A stretch of DNA of 60,379 nucleotides, filler included, from Jimgerdemannia flammicorona (lineage: Eukaryota): assembly GCA_003990765.1 (NCBI GenBank). It is 3 parts of 3 records of this genome, joined end to end, with 100 filler letters (N's around TTAATTAATTAA, not from the genome) between each part and the next. Parts side by side here need not be neighbours in the genome. Positions count along the whole stretch, not along the records: positions 20,164 to 40,225 come from RBNJ01001772.1; 2 more parts are not named here. One strand, written 5' to 3'. Below, one piece after another: positions 23,964-36,176 of the stretch. The translations under genes were made by a program, and so were the position numbers. Numbering within the stretch: the first letter of the stretch is position 1; each line of letters begins with the position of its first letter. The notes below the pieces were generated by a model. That model saw only the letters and a list, made by a program, of their open reading frames with translations. It had not been told where the DNA came from and made no database searches.

Positions 23964-26068
23964 TATAATATAGTAGATATATAACTATATAAATATATCA
24001 GATTTTTGTATCTTAAAACTTGATCTTCTTTAACTCTACAGAGTTCTCAGGATATAGAGGTGGTGAGTTTGAAGTATATCTGCCTACAGGCTTACTAGTT
24101 CTCTTACTTTCTCTTTGCTTTAAACTATTTTGATCTGAGGTTTATTTACTTTAGATATTGGGAATATTTATATAAGTTTGCTAGCTATAAGATGGCTAAA
24201 TTATAACTATATTTCCTATAAGTCATACTTTAATATCTATAAATACTTTAATATTTATGAATACTTTAATATCTGTAAATACCCTAACATCTGTTAAAGT
24301 TCCCATATGTTAAATATAACTACTATTTGTAAGGCTATACTATATTTGGGAATCAGATTCAGATACTACAATTAAATGTCTATTTTTCTGATTCATATTA
24401 CTAATTCAGATCAACCATCATAACTTCCTTCTAAATAGGTAATTTGTCTCTGAAATATCCATTCACTCAAACTCCCAAGCTTCTATAATTTGTATCTCCT
24501 TGTACCATACAATCTGTATTATTATGTTCTCCTAATAGTATCTTTTGATATATCCAAAGTCTCCTGGAACTACTTCTTAGAGATGGGCTAGAGCTGGCTT
24601 ATCATCTTTAAACAACTTATTAACTTATTTGGCAACTGTGATCTAAATATAAGAGAGCCAGTACTTTCTGATCAATCTTCTTTTTCCATCTCTGACTATG
24701 AGTGTAGCTATCTCAATTTGAAGTATTTTTGAAACTTGGTCTGATTCTAATAAGCCTTGAAATATGAGATTTATAACAAGTATGTCTGAACTATACTCTG
24801 GATGCTGTCAAAGGATTCTTTCATGATTGGTGATTCAGTAGTATACTATTGTCTTTCTATGGCTTATTGTATAGTACTAGTGATTTTGAGGGCTACATTA
24901 GTATTTCATTGATTAGTCATAATACTTCTTGAGTTAGTTTTGATAAATGGTAGTAAGGATGATTGTGTCTGAGAGTTTTAATAGCCAAAAGGTGGTTCCT
25001 TTTATATCTTGTACCAAGTAAGGTTCTTCCTACTTAGGCTTTAGCTTTTATGACTATAAAGCTTCTACTATATTCTAATATATCAGGACTTTATCTCCTA
25101 TCTTGATAATCTCCAGAGGCTTGTGAATCTTTTCTGTATTATTCTATTATAGTATCTGTATCTTAGTTATATAATTCTCAGCCTTCTTTCTGATTTGGTA
25201 TAGTCTCTATATCTATATCTATATATTTTCATATAGTATCTCTATTAGATAATAAGATTTCTTGAGAACTTTCTTCTCCAAACAGTATCTCTCAAGAGGT
25301 AAAATAGGTGCTTTGTAATCATATATCTCAACAAGCAGATAATGCTATTAGCAGATAGTGATCCTAATTTTTATAGTTATTACAGATCTTAGTGATGATG
25401 TTCTTGAGAGTCTTATTGGTCTCTTCTGCTTGTCCATTTCTCTAAGAGTGATAGGCTGTAGTTTGAATATACTAGATCTTATACTTTTTGTAGAGAACCT
25501 CAAAGAACTAGTTTATAAATTCTGTTCCTCTGTCTATAGTTATTTGCAATAGGGTCTTGAATTGGCAGATTATTTCTTTGTAGAAGAAATTATATATTGG
25601 CTTCTTTGAGGGGTCCTGCCTCTATCCATTTTGTAAAAAGGTCTACAATGATAATGATATATCAGTTGCTAGTCAAAGTCAATAGTAAAGGACCAATTAC
25701 ATCTATTGCTATATAGGTAAATAGTACTAGTTCTATATGTGCTGATCTGGAGCTTTGATTTTGTTAATCTTATTTCTATTTCTGGTATTTGTCACAGGTC
25801 TTGACAAATCATCTGATATCTTTCTCTATTTCTGATCACTACATTATTCTTCTTACTTTATCATATATATTTGTTTCTCTTAGATAGCTAAGTTTATATA
25901 CTAATTTCATTACTTACTCCTTCTTATATTTAAGTATAACTTGTAGCTTCTCTTTTAGTATTTCTCCATCAATCTCAAATTGTTTCCATATTCTGTTAAT
26001 AATCATTTGTGTCTATTCTTCTAGTTGTTGGGACATCTTTTGCTATCCCAGATAGGTAATAATTCTAT
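23964..26068 (-). mobile_element. Ty3/Gypsy family 1: hypermutated integrase, PPT and 3' LTR (about 23964-24424)
   Basis: The LTR is the reverse complement homolog of 9486-9955. Integrase remnants GPL..IVDLFTKWIEA and TTAYH..NGQAE.TNKTLK. Very AT-rich. Confidence 0.8.
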
Positions 26069-28510
26069 CAACCTTTCTCAGCTACCACTCACATTATACA
26101 TACTCTACAACATACTTTCAAGTTGTTTATTAGAGAAAGATACTAAGACAATGACAAATAGCAAGCAATCTGGGGTATATACTGGGCAGTGCAGCCCTAG
26201 CACATTCAACTGGCAGCAGATGGAGAGAGGTCCTGGTCTGGGGGGAGGTATGAGGGAGTTGTTGGCAGGAGGATGAGGTGGGGGAGGAGGCAGTGGGGGA
26301 GGATAGGGGTCTAGGAGGGTGAGCTTTGTGGAGATGGTGAAGGGGAGGCAGCAGGTGACTGGGCTAAAGAGCTGGCTGAGGAAAGATAAGAAGATGGAGA
26401 AGTCAGCTATTTGTGGGGAAGCAGCTCTTGGGGGTGAGGGCAGTGGAGCTGGGGAGTAACAGCTGGGGGAAATGTGATGACTGATAGTGATGAGACTGCC
26501 AATCTGGAAAAAAATCCAGATATAACCACTAATGGTGTGGCTGAGCAACTGAGGCTTAGAAGATAAGGAGATTTGGCAGATGGTGTGACAGGCCTGGTAG
26601 TGGCTCCATTACTCAAGAAATCAATCTCAGTATTCATGGTGACATTGTGCTTCTGGAGTCTGGTAGTGATAGTGAAAATAGTGCTGGGGCTTATTGCCAA
26701 GCAGGTGGCAGGAATAGCATCGGTAAAGTTCTTGAAGAGATTGGAGGGAGTGGAGGTGGGTTTTGAGGAGGCTGAGCCCCTGGAGGATGCGCTGAAGGTT
26801 AGATTGATAGTTGGGGAGATGTGTGTCCTGATGGCATGCTATCTGAAATGGGACCCCAGGGTGGTCCAATTACTAGTGAAAGGAGTGCCCACAGTGACAG
26901 TAGTGGAGATGAGAAGGAGAGTTGAGGAGGTTATAGCGGAGTATGGTGAGGTGGTGGATATTAGATTCAGAGTCTGGGAGGGGACCTCGCTCAGAATGAG
27001 AGATGTAGATATGAGGATTCAGCTGGCAGAGAAAGAAGCTACTGAGAAGGCAAGAGACTGGCCATCAGGGATAGTCTAGGGGGCAATCTTGTATAAGGTA
27101 ATGAGGGTGAAGGGGAGTGAGGAGGAGGAAGAGGACTTGCTGGAGGCACTAGAAGAACTGAGTGGAGCAGTGGAGCAGTGGGCAAAGGCTTGGAAGACTT
27201 TCGAGAAGTCAACACATTTAGAGGTGGTAGATGGGAAGCAGATTTGAGTGGACAAGGTACAATGGGAAAAAGTTCAGAGATATAAGCATCAGAAGGAGCT
27301 ACTGGCCAAGTTGGAAAGTCGACCACAGAAGGAGGCTGGTGGAATGGTGGAAACAGGGGGTGCTAAAGCGAGGATCTGGGCTGATGAAGATAGTAGGGGT
27401 GCAGAGAAAGGATCAGGAGAGGGCAAGAAGGTAGCTGGCAGTGACCTGTATGCTGATGGTACACTTGAGATCTGGGAAGAGGACTGGGAGAGATCACCTA
27501 CCCCTACTCTACTTATCAGGGGGGGTCTGACTTCCTGGTGCAGGATGGGAGAGGATGTATCTATGAAGGGGGTCCAGCAAGTACAATTTAGAGTCCCAGA
27601 GGTGGCAAATGGGGGACAGGTGGAGGCAGTTGGCAAGGAGGAACTGATGAATATCCCAGAGGTGTGGGATGAGGCTGCAAGTACTGGGGCTGATACTATG
27701 ATATTGGACAGCAGGCAACCAGCAACCCTGGGAGGAAAGAAGATAGGAAACCTACTTTGGATGTATAGAATGAAGAATAATCTGGTAGCTGAAGAGCTGG
27801 GGGAGGTAGACTTGAGGGTGATGAGTGATGAGCATTGGGCACAGGTCCTGCAGGGGGATGGTGTAGAGTTGGCATTAAAGGCAGAGATCCTTGCAGTATA
27901 TCTGGAGGAGGAAGGATATGAAGTAGATGAGGAGCAGAAGGCTGAGCTAGCAGGGGTTACTGGTAAGAGGGCTAAATACTGTTGGGCCAAGCAACATGGA
28001 TTGCAGCTCTGGCAGGAGGTTTGCCTAGAGTACCGAGAGGAGTTTGAGGAGAAGGCAGATAGAGAGATGAATGAACTATTAGCAGAATTGGAGGCTCAGA
28101 GGACAGAGGAGGAGAAGGTGACAGCAGAATATAATCTGAATATGGCACAAGAAGAGACAAATATGGAGCAGTAGAATTGAACTGGATTAATATACCATAC
28201 TTTATTATGAATAGTACAACCAACATTTTTTCTTTAAACATAAATGGGTTATGGAGTGCAGTTTGATGTAGGAATATTTTTACTTGGCTGAAGAGATTGG
28301 AGGCTGATCTCTTTCTCTTGCAGGATGTCAGGTATGATGATAATTTGGATAGACTGGAATGGATAAAGAAATGGGGAGGTGAGGCAGTTTGGAAAGGTGA
28401 GGTTGGGATTCTGGTGCAGAAAGGCAGAGGAGAGATAAGGGACATATGGAGCTGGGGGGATCAATTGGTCTGGGGTGAGTGGATATGTTCGAGATGGGAG
28501 CTGGTCCAGT
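26069..28510 (+). mobile_element. LINE copy D (5' end, ORF1, start of endonuclease)
   Basis: 5' motif CAACCTTTCTC, ORF1 from 26151, ORF2 MNSTTNIFSLN at about 28208, interrupted by copy E. Confidence 0.9.
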
Positions 28511-31500
28511 ACCATCTTTCTCCAGTAACATTTAGGTTACACAATCTTTTAGCAACACTTTTGATACAGTTTTTGGAGACAAGCTACTAGTATCATGGCA
28601 ACCAATGAGCATCCTGAGGTGTGTACTGGGCAGGGTGGCCCTGGAGCATTCAAATGGCAGCAAGTAGGGAGAGGCCCTGGCTTGGGAGATAGTATGAGGG
28701 GTCTGCTGGCAGGAGGATGTGGTGGAGGAGGGGGTGGAGCTGGAGGTCAAGGGTCTGGCAGAGCGAGCTTTGTGGAGAAGGTGAAGGGGGGTCAGCAGAG
28801 AGCTGGACTAGAGAGCTGGCTGAGGGGGGAGAAGGTGCCAGTAAGAGCTACTAGACAGCAATCTCATGAGGATACCTCTCCAGAGGGCCATAGGGATGGA
28901 GCTGGGGGGGTAGCGGCTGAGGCAGGGACTGCTGATGGGGGTGTGATGGGTGATCTGGTGGATGGTGTAATGGGACTGGCAGTGGCTCTGTTACTCAAGA
29001 AGTCGATCTTAGAATTTGTAGTCATGATGTGTTTCCAGAGCTTGGTAGTGATGGCAAAAATGGTTCTGAGGCTGATCGCAAAGCAGATGAGTGGTGCAGC
29101 ATCTGTTAAGTTCCTGAAGGGCCTAGAAGGGGTGGAGGTGGGATTTGAGGAGGCTGGGCCACTGGAGGAGACTTTGAAGACTGGGATGAAAGTGGGCGAG
29201 GTGTGCATACTGATGGTGAGATACCTGCAGTGGGACCTGAGAGTAGTGCAGCTTCTGGTGAAAGAAGTCTCCACTGTTACTGCTGTAGAGACGAGGAAGA
29301 GAGTTGCAGAGATCATGGCAGAGTATGGGGAGGTAGTCGATATTGGGTTCAGAGTGTGGAAAGGAACCTCTCTCTGGACAGAGGATGTTGACATCAGGAT
29401 TTGGTTGGCTGGGCGGGAGGCTACTGGGAAGGCTCGAGACTGGCCCTCAGTGATGGTGTGGGGGGCTATCTTATACAGGGTGATGAGAGTAAAGAGGAGC
29501 AAGGAGGAGGAGGAGGATTTGCTGGAAGCACTGGAGGAGTTGAGTGGAGTGGTGGAAAGGAGGGCGAAAGCATGGAAGGCATTCGAGGAGGCGATACATC
29601 TTAAGGTGGTTGGAGGGAAGCGAGTCTGCATCAACAAGGAGGTGTGGAAGAGGTCTCAAGGGCGCAGAAGACAGAGAGAATTGTTGGCAAAAATGGGGGC
29701 AGAGGAAATGAGGAAGGCGAGCAATAGTGCAACTACTAGAGGTGCTGAGGCGAGTGTCTGGGCTATTAGTGGTGGAAAGAATGAGGAGGGGGGGTGGGTG
29801 GAGGCCATGAAGGTGCTGAGCAAGAATCCATATGAAGATGGCATACTGGAGGTTTGGGAGGAAACCTGGGAGGGTTCACCTTCACCCTCCCCCCTTATCA
29901 GAAGGGGTCCAGCAGCAAGAGGCAGAGTGGTGGAGGATGTACTGATGCACAGTGCTCAGCAGGTGTGCTTTGGAGTTTCAAATGTGGAGAAGGGGGGATT
30001 GGTAGAGGTGACTGGGGAAGAGAAATTGGTGGATGTCCCAGAGGAGGGATGGAATAAGTTGGCGAGTATAGGGGCTGATACTATGATGTTGGATGGAGGG
30101 AGGCCAGTGACCCCAGGAGGGAAGGAGGTGAGAAACTTGCTCTGAGTATGCTAGATGATGAACAACTTGGCAGCAGAAGAGCTGGGGGAAGTCAACCTCC
30201 GAGTGATGAGCAATGAGTATTGGGCAAGGATCCTGCAGGGCGATGGAGTGGTGGCAGCATTGAAGGCAGAAATCCTGGTAGTATACTTGGAGGAGGAGGG
30301 ATATGAGGTAGATAAGGAGAGGGAAGCTACTCTGGCAGTTGTGGCAGGTGAGCAGGCTGCCCACTGTTGGACTAAGCAGCATGGACTGCAGCTCTGGCAG
30401 GAGGCTTATTTGGAGTACCAATAGGAGTTTGAGGAAAAGGAGGATGGGGAGATGGCTGAGATCCTGGCTAAGTTGGAGGCTAAGAGGACCGAGGAAGCAG
30501 AAGCTATTGCAGAGCACAACCTGGATAGGGCACAGGAGGAAGTAGACATGGAGCAGTAGAGGATGTATCTGAAACAATATAATTCCCCTTATGAATAGTA
30601 CAACCAACATTTTTTCTTTGAATATGAATGGGTTATGGGGTGCTTATTGATATAAGAACATTTTTACTTGGCTGAAGGGATTGGAGGCTGATCTTTTTCT
30701 CTTGCAGGATGTCAGGTGTGAGGATGACTTGGATAGACTGGAATGGATGAAGGAGTGGGGAGGTGAGGTAGTTTGGAAGGGCAAGGTTGGAATTCTAGTG
30801 TGGAAGGGCAGAGGGGAGATACAGGATGTGCAGAGCTGGGGGGATAGATTGGTCTGGGGAGTACAGGTTGGGGGCCAGTTATGGTGGGCTCCTATTACTG
30901 CCCTGCGGTATGGGGCAAGCAGGTGAATTAGGTAATAGGCCTACAGGAGAGTGGAATTCTTATGGGGGTTGGGGTAGATGTGCTCGGTGGGGACTTTAAT
31001 ATGGTCTGTGACATATTGAGGGATAGAACTGATGGAGGACAAGGAGCTGTGGGTCAGAGTGGAGAACTGGCAGCATGGGAGGAAGTGGAAAGACTGAGTG
31101 TACTGGTGGATGCGGGTAGGAAATGTTGGGGGAATAGAAGGGTGTACATGCACTGGGCCAGGGGCCTGGGGATGAGGATTGATTGGATTCTGACTGCCAG
31201 TTGCTGGGGCTTGGATGTTTGGAAGTCACTAGAGGTGGAATGGTGTCCATGGTCGGATCATTGGGGACTTTTGGGGCAGGGAAATTTTGGGGGGAGTGGG
31301 GATGGGCCTGGACATTGGCATCTCAATTTCTCCTTACTAGATGATAAGATCTGGTGGGATAAATGGGCTGAAGTTGTTCAAATGCAGGTAGAGTGCTAGA
31401 GGCAGGAAGGTGTCCCAGTTGAAATTCAGTGGATGAGGATGAAAAAGATGGCCAGGGCCTTCTGGAGTGAGGCTAGTATAGAGGCAGGGAGACAGAGGAG

Positions 31501-34467
31501 GCAGTGGGTGTGGTGGGCATCTAGTAGACTATCTAGACTCTTGGAGGACTGGGCAAGATTGGTGACATTGGAGGGAGAGGAGGACTGGTGATTGATAAGG
31601 TTAAGAATAGAGGTGGCTGAACTACAACAGATGCTGTGGAATGAGAAAGAGGCAAGGGTCTAGGGTCTGGTGGTGTGGCTTCGTTGGCAGGGGCTGGAGG
31701 AAGGAGAGCAGCCCTCAAAGTTTCTTACAAGAGCCCTTTAGGCGAGAAGGGTGCAGCAAAGGTGGGAAGGGGTGCTTAATGCTGATGGTTTGTTGGTACA
31801 TGGGGTACAAGACATTCTTGGATCATTAAAGGAGCATTGGAGTGGATTGTGAAGTAAGGAGGAGGGTGGGGCAGATGCTGAGGACATTGATCAGGTATTG
31901 GAGGATTGGCACCCTACCTGAGCAGATGGGTTGGGTGACTTAGTACTGCTAGTACTAAAGGAGGAGATCCACCAGATTCTTGCTATAACAACCTTAGGTA
32001 TGGCACCTGGGGAGGATGGTCTGCCCTGGGACTTCTGGAAAAAGATGATGGGAGTCCATGGAGTACTAGGAGAGATGATGGTACTGTGTGATTGGATTCT
32101 ACAGACAGGGAGATGGGTGGGAGAACAGGATTTAGGGTTGGTGACATTGCTTTATAAGAACAAAGAGAACTGAGAGGACTGGAGGAACTGGAGGCTGATT
32201 ATACTACTGGATATGGACAGAAAGTTGGTTACCAAAGTGGTGGTCACAAGATTGCAAAAGGTGGCCCAGCAAGTCTTGGGTGAGGAGCAGCAGGGCTTTG
32301 TTGGAGGCTGACTCATCAGGGATGGTATGGCATAGGTGTATGGTGTTATTGAAGGGGTATGAGCCAGTGGACTGGATGGGCATCTGGTCTTTTTGGACCA
32401 GGAGAAGGCCTATGACTGAGTGTGACAGATCTGGCTGGTGAAAGTTTTGGATAGGATTGGGGTCCTGCAACAGTTCAGGACTGCCATGGTCAGCCTACTG
32501 AAAGGAAGTAGGGTGGCACTCATGTGTAATGGACATAGAGGGGTAGCATTTTCCCTGGGTAGGGGGGTGCCCCAGGGGGACCCACTGTCCCCCATTTTGT
32601 ACACTTTGTCTTTGGAGCCCTTTATGGACAGAATCAGATAGAAGATAGTGGGGCTCTCTATCTTTGGCATTGGGTGGAAAGTAGGAGCATTTGTAGATGA
32701 CATAGTGATTGGTCTGGAATCAGTTGTGGATGTTGAGAAGCTCAAGGAAACAGTGAAATAGTATGAGGTGAACTCTGGGGCTAGGCTTAATTAACATAAG
32801 TGCAAAACAATGGTATTAGGCAATGGTCTGGTAGGAGGAGAGATTATTGGTACCATTGTTCCTGCTGGTGAGGTGGTATGGTACTTGGGTATTTATCTGT
32901 CAGTATATGGGTCAGTTCTGCCCAGACATTGGTGGGAGCAGTGGGTTGGCATCTGGGGGAAGGCCCTGCAGAGTTGGGGGGGCCACCAACTGTCTCTGAC
33001 AGGATGTGTTTTGATTCTGAACATCTATTGGCTGCTGAAGTTGTGGTATCTGGCTTATCATCTAGACTTCTCAGCTTGGGTAGTGAAGTGATTGATGAAG
33101 CTGGCCAAGGGGTGGATCTGGGCTAGAAGGTGGAGTCAGATCAACTAGGAGGTCTTGTCCTTACTGGTGGCGAGTGGGGGACTTGGGCTGGTTGACTTTC
33201 CTAAGAGGCTACACTGCTTGAGAGCATGGTGGCTGAAGAGAGCAGTGGAGTTGAGAGGGGGTGGTTGGGTTCCCCTACTGTAGAAAGTCTAGAAGATGAG
33301 GTCCTCTCCGAGGGGGTCGACTGGTGATCTCCTAGCACTTGTGGGCCTTCAGAACTCTGGACAATTGTAATACAAAGGCTTCTGGTGGGGAGTGGTGGAG
33401 GGGGTGTACTGTATTGGAATTAGGTGGCAGGGAAATGAAGGAGAGGAGGCTTGGGACCCAGCGATGTGGAGATGGGACCAAGTGTTACTAGGTGGCATTC
33501 CCTTAACTGAGTTTGATATTGGTAATGGGATCAAATACTAATGGGGACCAGACCAGGATCTGTGGCCTAGCAGTTGGCAGGGTGTAGGAATTGGTGAGGA
33601 GTGGGACTGGCATAGCATTTGGGCCTGGAGTACCAAGGTGAGGAGGTGGCTGCTACCGAAGTACTGGGTGGTCTGGTGGCATGTGCTGAGGCGAGATGTC
33701 ATGCTAAACTTCCACTCTGGTCACCTTATCGAGGGGGGCTGCTTCGACTGTAAAGAGTGTTTTAATATAGGGCAGGAAGGAGGATATGTACAGACACCTG
33801 AACATTGGCTAAGAGAGTGTGAGGTACTTAGTATCTTTTGGCAGAACATTGGAGATCATCTGGGAGTTGTACATAGGGGAGCTGCTGTGTGGGGGCAATG
33901 GGAGGATTTAAGGGACAGACTGGAGGGAGGGGTGGGGAAGGAATGGCTGATGCTAGGTTGGGCTTTGGCCATTTGGGTAGGGCTGGCCAGTCACTAGTTA
34001 TTTGTTTTTAAGGATGGGAGGAGACTTGGCTCTGAGGTCAGGCTGATGAGGTGGCGTAGTCTTATGGAAGACACCTTGATGGACTGGTGGCTTGGTTGGG
34101 GGTTGAAGGGGGGTCGAAGGCATCACTTGGTAGAACAAATCTGTAGGCAGAGTGGGGGGAGGGTTGGTGTTGTGGGTGAGAAAGTGGTCTTTGTTTTTGA
34201 AGATGAAAGGAGACTAGGATTGAGGATATGGTTGCTGAGATAGGAAGGGCTGATGGAGGACATATTGATGGTGTTGAGAAAATCTGTAGACAGAGTGGGA
34301 GGAGAGTTGGAGTGATGGGCAAATGGGTGTCTTTCAAGCATGAAGGAATAGGGGGGGGCCCCTCTAGGGGGATTGGGTAGTGAGAGGAGGTACTGTAACT
34401 ACATCTATAGACTGGTAATAAATGGCAAAGTCCAAGTGACTATAAAAAAAAAAATAAAAAAAAAAAA
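28511..34467 (+). mobile_element. Full-length (about 5.96 kb) degenerate L1/Tx1-like LINE, copy E
   Basis: 5' UTR; ORF1 28595-30559; ORF2 from 30591 with EN (GGDFN, RIDWIL, SDH), RT (DQEKAYD, GVPQGDPLSP, AFVDD) and C-terminal CFDCKEC..EHWLREC; AATAAA at 34417; poly(A) 34444-34467. Confidence 0.95.
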
Positions 34468-35125
34468 GAGAAGTTTCTCGCGGTGTGTCCGATGTCTTCC
34501 AGGATATCGTGCGCCTTTCGGTCTCAGAACCTTCGCTTCGTCCACCCCTCACTTCAGCAAAGAATGCATTTGGCATGTTCATCGCTTCTTCAGAATTGCC
34601 GCGCGTTTTAATGGGTTGAAAATATCTGTAGAACCGCCTCATTCAGTTCGTTTCCTAGGACCCTGGCCAGACTCCAATACTTCACCGAAAATAGTCTGAG
34701 TATGCCATTTTCAACTTCCGATGTTGCCAACGACGTAAGTAATGCTAAGTGTTGGGATGGCAACTCGAATGTTAACACGTGATTTACGCCATTCCATCAG
34801 TTTTACGTCATTCATCAGTATGTTGTTTCGCCATCTCACCCTCTTAACGCTGGGAGGGGTGTCGCCAGCAGCATCCGAGTTTGTCGAGTAGGACGCACAT
34901 GGAGTTACCAAATATACTTACAGTTTCCATTTTGCCAGAACCCGTACATAAGAATATTAGACCAGATATTTCCGACTGAGCGTGGTTATGATCAGTGCTC
35001 GTGTTGTGGTGAGTTCGGTCGGGATATGCGTTTCGTGTTCGTCGTTTGTATTTTTTTATTTTATTTTTATTTTTTTTTGCGAGTACAGAAATCTTTGTTG
35101 GTGCAACTTCTGTTGTTTCTCTATT
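34468..35125 (+). pseudogene. Truncated duplicate of the kinase 3' end and downstream region
   Basis: Direct homolog of 39534-40205 (e.g. GATGTCTTCCAGGATATCGTGCGCCTTTCGGTCTC) with internal deletions. Confidence 0.9.
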
Positions 35126-35392
35126 TTCTTTTTTTCTTTTCTTCTATTCAAGTTAAATTTATCCCATGGTCGTGCCCTTTGTAAGTAGATGTGCAATTCT
35201 TGCCTTACTGCTATCAGGATTTTTTGCCATATATATTTTTTCTGTTCTGTTGTAAATGGTAATAGAAAATCAGCAAACCAACCCTCCATAATCTTGATGT
35301 GCTGGTGAAATAGACGAGTGTTTCGGTTGTGGCATTTCATGTCTCTGGGATCCATCGGGCTCACGCACTTCAACAAAAAAGAAAAAAAAATA

Positions 35393-36010
35393 GATTGTCG
35401 CAAGCAAGCTCGTCGACGCCGACGCCGAGGACGTCAACGTAAACAAGCTAAAGTACAGCATAACACATGGATGCAGAGTGCGTATCCGCCCTACTTTCTT
35501 TCCTCCAATCGATTTTTTTTTTTTTTTTGTCACGTTCCTTCTCCAGAACTCGACCACACCCAGGCCGCCCTCAACAAGTCCAAGAAATCCAAGAAGAACC
35601 AGTTCACCATTGACCTCTCCTACTTCAAGGACTCCTTGACGTTCGTCGAGTCAATCACCAAGCCCTCCAACGGCCACGCGACGACAGCAGGGCGGCAAAG
35701 GTCGCGACCAAGAAAGGACGCAAGAACACTGCGTAAGTGTGCTGTACATTGAGCTGTTTCCTTATCTTTTCCGTTTCATCAAGGGTGCACATGCGACGGT
35801 GTACGATGACAAGACACCGCCACAATCGTTAACCGTTTTTGCATTTCTCCACTCTAATCATCCACCGCCCACGTCTTTCCTTTTCACCCGCAGCATGAAA
35901 GAAGTCCTGCGTTTCCAGAAGATTTTGCAGCACCCGGTGTTCAAGGCCAACCCGCTGGCGACGATACAGCAGCACGTTAAGAACGCGCTGGATACATGCA
36001 GCGGCCGTGA
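35393..36010 (+). pseudogene. SLX9: SLX9/FAM207A-like ribosome biogenesis gene, frameshifted
   Basis: Introns 35478-35546 and 35733-35893. Spliced peptides HNTWMQKLDHTQAALNKSKK..DLSYFKDSL and KKGRKNTAMKEVLRFQKILQHPVFKANPLATIQQHVKNAL resemble the Slx9 C-terminal motif. They lie in different frames and there is no clear start. Confidence 0.6.
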
Positions 36011-36176
36011 CGAACGAGTGATTGGTTCTTGGGTGTTCGGTTCCGAGTTTTTTTTTTTTTATTACCTACTACTCGTGTAAGCACATAATAAAACCATTAT
36101 CATATGATTATAAGGCGCGTGTCGTAAGCGATCGTGTAGTGAAACGGAGTGAGGAGCCGTCAATGCATATTTATTT

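Noticed and set aside
9486..24424. Family 1 LTRs at 9486 and 23964 as inverted ends of one large element
   Set aside because: They are on different contigs; they are two copies of one family in opposite orientation.
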